From Tubulanus polymorphus (Eukaryota; Animalia; Nemertea), in the NCBI RefSeq assembly GCF_964204645.1, contig NC_134026.1, positions 4,363,950 through 4,427,949 on the forward strand: DNA of 64,000 nucleotides, written 5' to 3'. Shown here piece by piece: positions 57,298 to 64,000 of this stretch; positions within the stretch are counted from its first letter, which is position 1, and each line of letters begins with the position of its first letter. The notes under the pieces are model-generated. The model saw only the letters and a program-made list of their open reading frames with translations, ran no database searches and was not told the origin of the DNA. The position numbers and the translations under genes are program-made.

Positions 57298-60200
57298 TTT
57301 CAATCTTTCCCCAATACATCTTGTGCGTTGAGCTTTAACAACCGACCCCGTGGACGTTTTTATATTAAGTTGTTACACGCATAACAAGAATATACTCAAA
57401 ATAGAATCCTACATAGGCGTGTTCCTAAATACGACTGGGCCGCGTAGGCCTACTCGTGCGCAAAGGGTTTAAATGAAATATGTATCAAGGGTTTTGATGA
57501 ATAACGCACAACAAGCGAACAAGAAAACGAAATCAATTTTCGCGACATCTGTTGTTAGTTCTATATACGAAAGGAAAAGGATGAAATGATGTTAATGACA
57601 GCGTGTGATAGTTCGATATTCTACTTCGAAGAATTTGCCCGAATAATCTATTGTAAATTGTTGTATTTTCATTTCTCTTGGAGCGAAAAGAAATCGTTAT
57701 CCGCGAACATGCCGGGGTATGTGTGCGAACGCGCGTAAGGAATCTGTATGTATGAATAGAATAAAGATGAGGTTACATGATTGTTTAATTAAATCATATA
57801 CCATGTTTCATGAATAAATAGAGGCATAAAATAGAGCAGTATTACATGGTAATGTATAATAGCTGAATGTGGCTTGGCATAGAAATTTCATGCAACGAAT
57901 CACGGAACTTCAATGCGGGAATTCATCAAGAACGCGCAACAAAACCGAATAAGTTATCTTAAACCTGAAAGACCTTTCGTGATGCTATTTCATATTTAAG
58001 TTGTAGTTGTTTAGAAAAGGCGTCGTTACAAAATTGATGATAATGATCCGATGGACGACTGTATAATCCGTTTAGAACCCCGCATGGTTGAGCCTCTCGA
58101 GGTATCTGCGCGGCTCTTAATGAGATGGTTTGATAAGATTTTGTTTTATCAGTTGAATGCGGATAATCAATCATAGTTATCGCACGTCCAGTGTTGATGT
58201 GGCTGTATGTTAAAATGGCACAAGGGGTTAAGAGAGCGGTTGATATTACGGTTGAAGAGGAAATAAACTCGAACGTTAATTAGATAGTCATACCTACGGT
58301 TAGAGATGCAATTACAACAGCGCTCGAGCCGAACCAGAAATCGCGATGTTAGAGCGCGGCTAGTTAATCACTGCGCCTTAATTACAGGATTTACAGGCGG
58401 TGAAATGAGAGATGTTCAACTGCCGGTCAGAAATAGCCCATCAGTATACGGACCGATAGCAAGTGTTCCGCACAGATAACCATCGACCACCGCACTTTCG
58501 GAGTAATTCTATTTTCGTAAACGGTGTATATATTGTTCAAATTAGATTTCAGGGGACTGGCAAACGAGCATGGCCAAGTTCACGTATATAAATATATATA
58601 TACGAATATTGTTCTACCTAGATTTAGCGTTAATTCATGCTAAAATAAGTAATCCGTTAAGGTCATGACTTTTATAGAAATTTCATAGCCTTATAAATTT
58701 AATCTGTTGGCGTGTTTCTAAAAATAAAAGACGATTGCTTCGAATATTGTAATGAGAACATTGTATGTTATAACAAACGTATAAATTCTACGTGTAAAAA
58801 GTTCGCCCAAGCACGACTTCGATAATATGATTACTGATATATGCGTATATGTAACTTCTTAAAAACGGTTGGCCTTATTCTAAGGACAAGTTACTTATCT
58901 AAGTAATATAATATCCTTATGCCTATGCGTCACTATCTCTTATAAGAATTGCACTGGTTGAAAATTCAAATACGTAACAAATGAACATCTTTAGTAAGAT
59001 CCGAATGGAAATATGATTCTATTCAAGACCAGAAGATTTCATTAAGGAATGGTGATTAGAATAGAATTCATAGATATGATTAGAATAGAATTATATGACT
59101 ATGTGATAAAACATGATTATTGTGGAAAATATACATAAAAATTCCTTCATTTGCCATCAATGGTATTTCTAATGATACGTATTTCTTTCATCGATAAGCC
59201 ACCATCATAATGTTAATAGTAAATGATTTAGTTATAGCTGGTTGAATAGTCATTATTGCCACCATCAATAAAGGGCAATGTAACTAGTGCTACGTCTACT
59301 GAACGATTTAAAAAATCGCGTGGTCGGTGATAAACGTATCAACCACTATACTACTATACTGCATATGAATTATCGACAAAACTCATCCAGAATTTTTCAC
59401 ACCAGACTAGTGACTTTTATGCCCCTTATCAAGCTGTCTCGAGGATATGTGGTATGTCTACCACGATGAGACATTTTGTGATGTTTTGAATAATGGAATC
59501 GTTGGTGTCCGTCAGTACGTTGATTAGTGCTGATTATGTATATATCTAAACGAAGCCCATGGGCTTTATCAACTGATCGTTGATGAAAAAATAGTAAGCG
59601 TTACAGGTTTCTGTCTAAGATACCGACGACAAACACGTCACGTCGGTCGGTGGTATAGTAGCTCACAACAGTGAGAAGAAAATATTCCAACCCAAGTTGA
59701 TAAGAGAATGTTGAAAGCATATAGATTTCACTCGATTTCACTAAAAGAGATTTATAAGCTGCCATCGAAGGATAATCAAAAAGGTGATGCTTGTTTGTAC
59801 CAGATATTGGAATCTTCAACAACGCGAGTATTTTGTAACGACGCGGGAGCTAGCAGAATAATATTTGTGAATATGCATTAATATACGCGAGCTCATCGAT
59901 CCGGACTTCTCTCCTCTTGAGAGTCTAGATGATGATATTATTAGATGACTCATGATTTTTTCCCGCTTTTTCTACATGTAATGGATGGGGAACGGAACAA
60001 TGAACACCGAATGGTTACATCAGCGCTGATTGCTGCATGTCATTCGTCGCGTTCCCTCTTGGCACCAGTACTATTCCAGTGTGGCAATTGATAGCATACT
60101 TTCACACAATATTTTCAGAACGAAACCATACAGCTGAAAACTACCACATCGAATATATACTACGTCAATCATAGCACGGAATACCTGAATCGGTAGCAAT

Positions 60201-63200
60201 GAGTGTTGAGAGATGCGAGTGAAATCTCGCCAAGTCGCCATTACGTTTCTTGGAAGACAAAAAACTGCTCAATAGAAGACGTGGTTGCTTCGAAAACCTC
60301 GACCAACTGCAAATGACATTTTGCCATCGGATATTCGATCAAAATGTTGATTATTAATCATTCTCTACGATGAACTGATTATTCTTACAGGTGTAAAAAT
60401 TATGATATAACCACAGATTATCATTACCATTGACGCCAGAAATTTAATGTTATATAGATAGCCCTGAATACCTCGATTGCAATCGATGCCAATCGATAGA
60501 TTTATACGCGATTGTCTCCAGGCGATTAGCACCCGATCCGATATATGCATATATAAATATGGTGCATAAGGCTTTTCCGAGAATTGTTACGGATTAAAAC
60601 GAAAAAACCGATACGATAACTAATGACTAATGTCGGCTGCGTCTAGGTACATCCCAGTTCTGTTCCAAAAGCATATGAATATGTATGATGTACGATCGGT
60701 CGAAATGGTGAACAGCTTGTTCTAAGTATTGTCGCGCTATAGCGTTTTAAATTTATCAAGTTTAACAGTTTCTCTTCTTCCTAGAATATCTAAAGCAAGC
60801 ACGTGTGCTTTGACAAAGATATGTCGAATCTTTCAGTAGGGTGTATCAGGCATCTTTGTTTTCACTTATTGTTAGAAAATGATAGACGCGTACATTTCTG
60901 TACCGCAATCACATTATTACCCTCGCGCTCATTAAACAAAGAAATTATTACCTTACAATACCGAAACTAATTTGAAACATCATATTGAAAAATACAGTTA
61001 ATCTTGATACTTACCGTTTCCTTGCTTGATTTTAATAATTCTATTATGAAAATAGAATCCACTCAAAAAAGAGTATATTATTACAGGAAAAGTATGTATT
61101 CCAAGATTAGTGGCATTGTGATCCCGACAAATAAGATGGAACTATTCTCTTGCGCGTAGGCGATGCGGCATGACCTAGTGATCCGCAAGTTTCTGGAACC
61201 GGACGTTAATCGTGCGTGCGCGCGCGTCTGAGTAGGCCTACTCACAATCAGCGGAATGATGTAAGTTTCTGTAACTCCGGTGAAGGGCGGCTCCTCACAA
61301 GGTTCGCGACACTGTATAGATGTCCTGTGTCTATTCCAAACCGATCTAGAAGACCTATAATTCGCGTGACATCTTTCGAACTACCACCATCATCATAATG
61401 AATGCGAATGTATAACAAACCCGCGCTCGGTTACTATTGAAAAGATAACGTCGCGCGCGTGTGAACGCAGTGGAATATCGGCACCACTGTACGAACCGGC
61501 TCGACTGAGTTATGGCTTCTATTCGTGTCTCCCATTCACGGTACAATGACGCGTCGAAAAAGCTTAACGTATTGATCGAGGGAAACTAGGGAGAGCGCGC
61601 ATTCGTCCTGGCTCGAACGACACAACTAACAAAAAAGCTAAAATTTCCTCTCCATAAATAGAAAGGCCTAATTTTAGATTTACTTGAACTCTACGTGCAT
61701 ATCTAGTTCGTAGTGTTTTCGGTAAAATCCACGCAAATCGCAAATCTATGTCTGCACACAACAACGGTAACCATTAGATCTATACGCTCGGAATGAAAGC
61801 AGCAAGCAGAGTGCGGATTTCAAATCTTTTCAACAAGACTAGAGCATTCCATTCGGCGATTAACCGCTAGCAAGGCGTCATGCAGTGGCTGTATCTGTTG
61901 AATAACCAACACGCTACAAACCATCGGAACTATCGCAAAAAGTTTCCTCCGCAACTCACGCAAAAATATGGAGATAGTCTCGGTCATATTTGGCCGATAT
62001 TCGCCTTCAAGATTTTTGTAATTGGGGACGAAAAGAGAACGCACACGAACGCTCTACTTCTCCAGTCACATTTTCAAAGTGATTGTTTCTCCAACGGGGG
62101 GCTTTTACATTCTGGGAAGATGCAGACCAACTGACAACCACGTTTCACCAACCTATTCATTTCCCCAATAAAGATATGGGGCATTAAGAATTTTGATTGG
62201 ACTCGTGCGGACATTCTGTGACGGCTGTGCGGTGGGAACCGTATCAGCTCTGTCAGATCTGCCTTTTGAAAGCCGGCGAAATCAGCGGTAGAGCCCGATT
62301 TATCCGTCATCAACGCTACGGCATTATTGTCCGCGATCCGCGCTATTATCCATCATAACCACGCCGACAGGATACCCGGCGTCGTTATAATCAAACTGTC
62401 AAACTGCTAAGCTCAACCGCTGCTAATGATACGACCGCCCAAAACATTTCGACGGCTTTCCTCGCGACATAAACAGTCGAAGGAAATCCGGGTAGGGATT
62501 GATCAATATACTGGTACTTGTATGAGATGTAGGCAGAATATTGTTCTATGCGTTGGAGGGCTGAACTTTTTTTCGTTTCCTTGCACTCGCCCACTGCGTG
62601 ATTTTAACTGAATTGGTTTCGCTCTGGTCAGGTTTTATAGTTTCAACCAACACAACTCGTCGTGAAGTGTAAATTTCGAACTGAAATCGAATATGACCGC
62701 AGTGAATGTTGCAAACAACAGCTCTAACTCTTCCCTCTAACAGCGTTAACGCTTTTATTGTTAATACCTTAGCTTCAAATCACACGTGGAGATTACGTAA
62801 GAACCATCAAAACTACGACGACAAATCAACAAAAAAGCGCGTTCCGAGGCGTCATCCAGCGGGGCGTATATAATGAGCGAGACGGCCGTTTCGGGTAAAT
62901 TTCCTGCGAAAGTAAACCGTCGTTTTTTCTGGCCGGAACACTTTGAAGTCAGTGCCACTTTCAAGCGGATGTCTGTAAAAACGACAATTACTTCACTAAA
63001 ATACGTCGTTCTTGGAATAATTCGCGGGATGCCGATGGCTATATCGTAACGATGAATTACGTACCACCGAGTATGCAATAAATAGGTACTAATTCTGATG
63101 CATTTTAGCAAATACTGATGCTATAAAATTATTACACAGATTGCCATCGGCAATAATGTGATAACCACCATGTTCTTATTAAGTTTCCCCAGTCAGGCGA

Positions 63201-64000
63201 CGTCGTTTGATTTCCATTCGCCGACGGACAAAGCCTTTATTACAAAACAATATACACGTGCACATGCACATAAACGTACATAATCTTGTAATTGGTATAA
63301 TAAAAGATTGCATTGCTATACACGACGAACTAAAAGTGGGCAAAATGTTCTATCGAAATTTGGTGAAGTGAACGCACGACGCGATACCACCTGATGATAG
63401 GTAAGAAGTTAAGAAGCTACTAATAAATGTGCACGGACCATTAGCCCGTATGCAAGGCACGGTCTGGTACTGACAGCGTCAGTCTTTGGTACGTGTCTTT
63501 GTTCATCGTAATGAGCCGGCATACAGCAACCCTAACCCAATTTACTTTGCTTTTTGACTGGTTAAGCAGTATTCACTGCACTCGCCAATCAAATCATGCC
63601 AAACGAACTTGCTTATCACGGAGTCGGCCGCTTTTTCAACCCGACTCTGATTGAGGAAGCGAGATGACTTAACAGATATAGAGGGCAAATAATGATATCA
63701 TATCACGCGCTAAAGTTTTTTTTCATTTTGTATGAACAAAATGAATGATTAAGTTAGTACCTAATAGTATTAAAGGTTGTGCCTGTTCGAAAGCGTGGAA
63801 AGTACGGTATCGATAAATGTGTATGAAGTATTCATTTTGCGAAAACGATTGGTACAAGATATTCCGAAGTACAGTAAAGTCTGTTATAATACCAATGTTA
63901 TGGGACCATTAAAAGACATGGCGTTATAACGCATTTGGCGTTATAAAGAATGGTATTTTCATTTGTTCAGGGAAGAATGTTGTCATTAAGTGAGCGGTAG

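Noticed and set aside
56854-57338. Cluster of overlapping ORFs on both strands
   Set aside because: Explained by short internal repeats poor in stop codons; no protein family is recognisable.

Overview
Eukaryotic, AT-rich, invertebrate-type DNA with short GT-AG introns; the GPCR looks lophotrochozoan, but the species cannot be determined from sequence. The first 30.4 kb is a head-to-tail triplication of a 9.2-10.7 kb unit (1190-10409, 10427-19753, 19771-30444). Each unit holds an intact multi-exon + strand gene for a type I membrane receptor: signal peptide, EGF-like, F-type (fucose-binding) lectin, EGF-like, 3 FN3 (copies 1 and 2) or 6 FN3 (copy 3), an RPTP-type juxtamembrane domain, a TM helix, and an acidic cytoplasmic tail. 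The tail has no catalytic domain and is built from 26-aa repeats that place a Tyr every 13 residues (EDDYVN / EDTYVV). The copies are almost identical even in introns and intergenic DNA, except for a sharply bounded ~120-bp patch coding the ligand-facing loops of the lectin domain (only about 1/3 to 1/2 amino-acid identity) and the FN3 stalk. This looks like a locally diversified glycan-recognition receptor array, a candidate immune, allorecognition or gamete-recognition system, and is the main finding. The rest of the window holds a minus-strand 5-HT7-like serotonin receptor, probably with a long 3' UTR and a large upstream non-coding region. That region contains a partly deleted local duplication, MITE-like elements and microsatellites. 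Exon models were built by hand and functions are inferred, not demonstrated.
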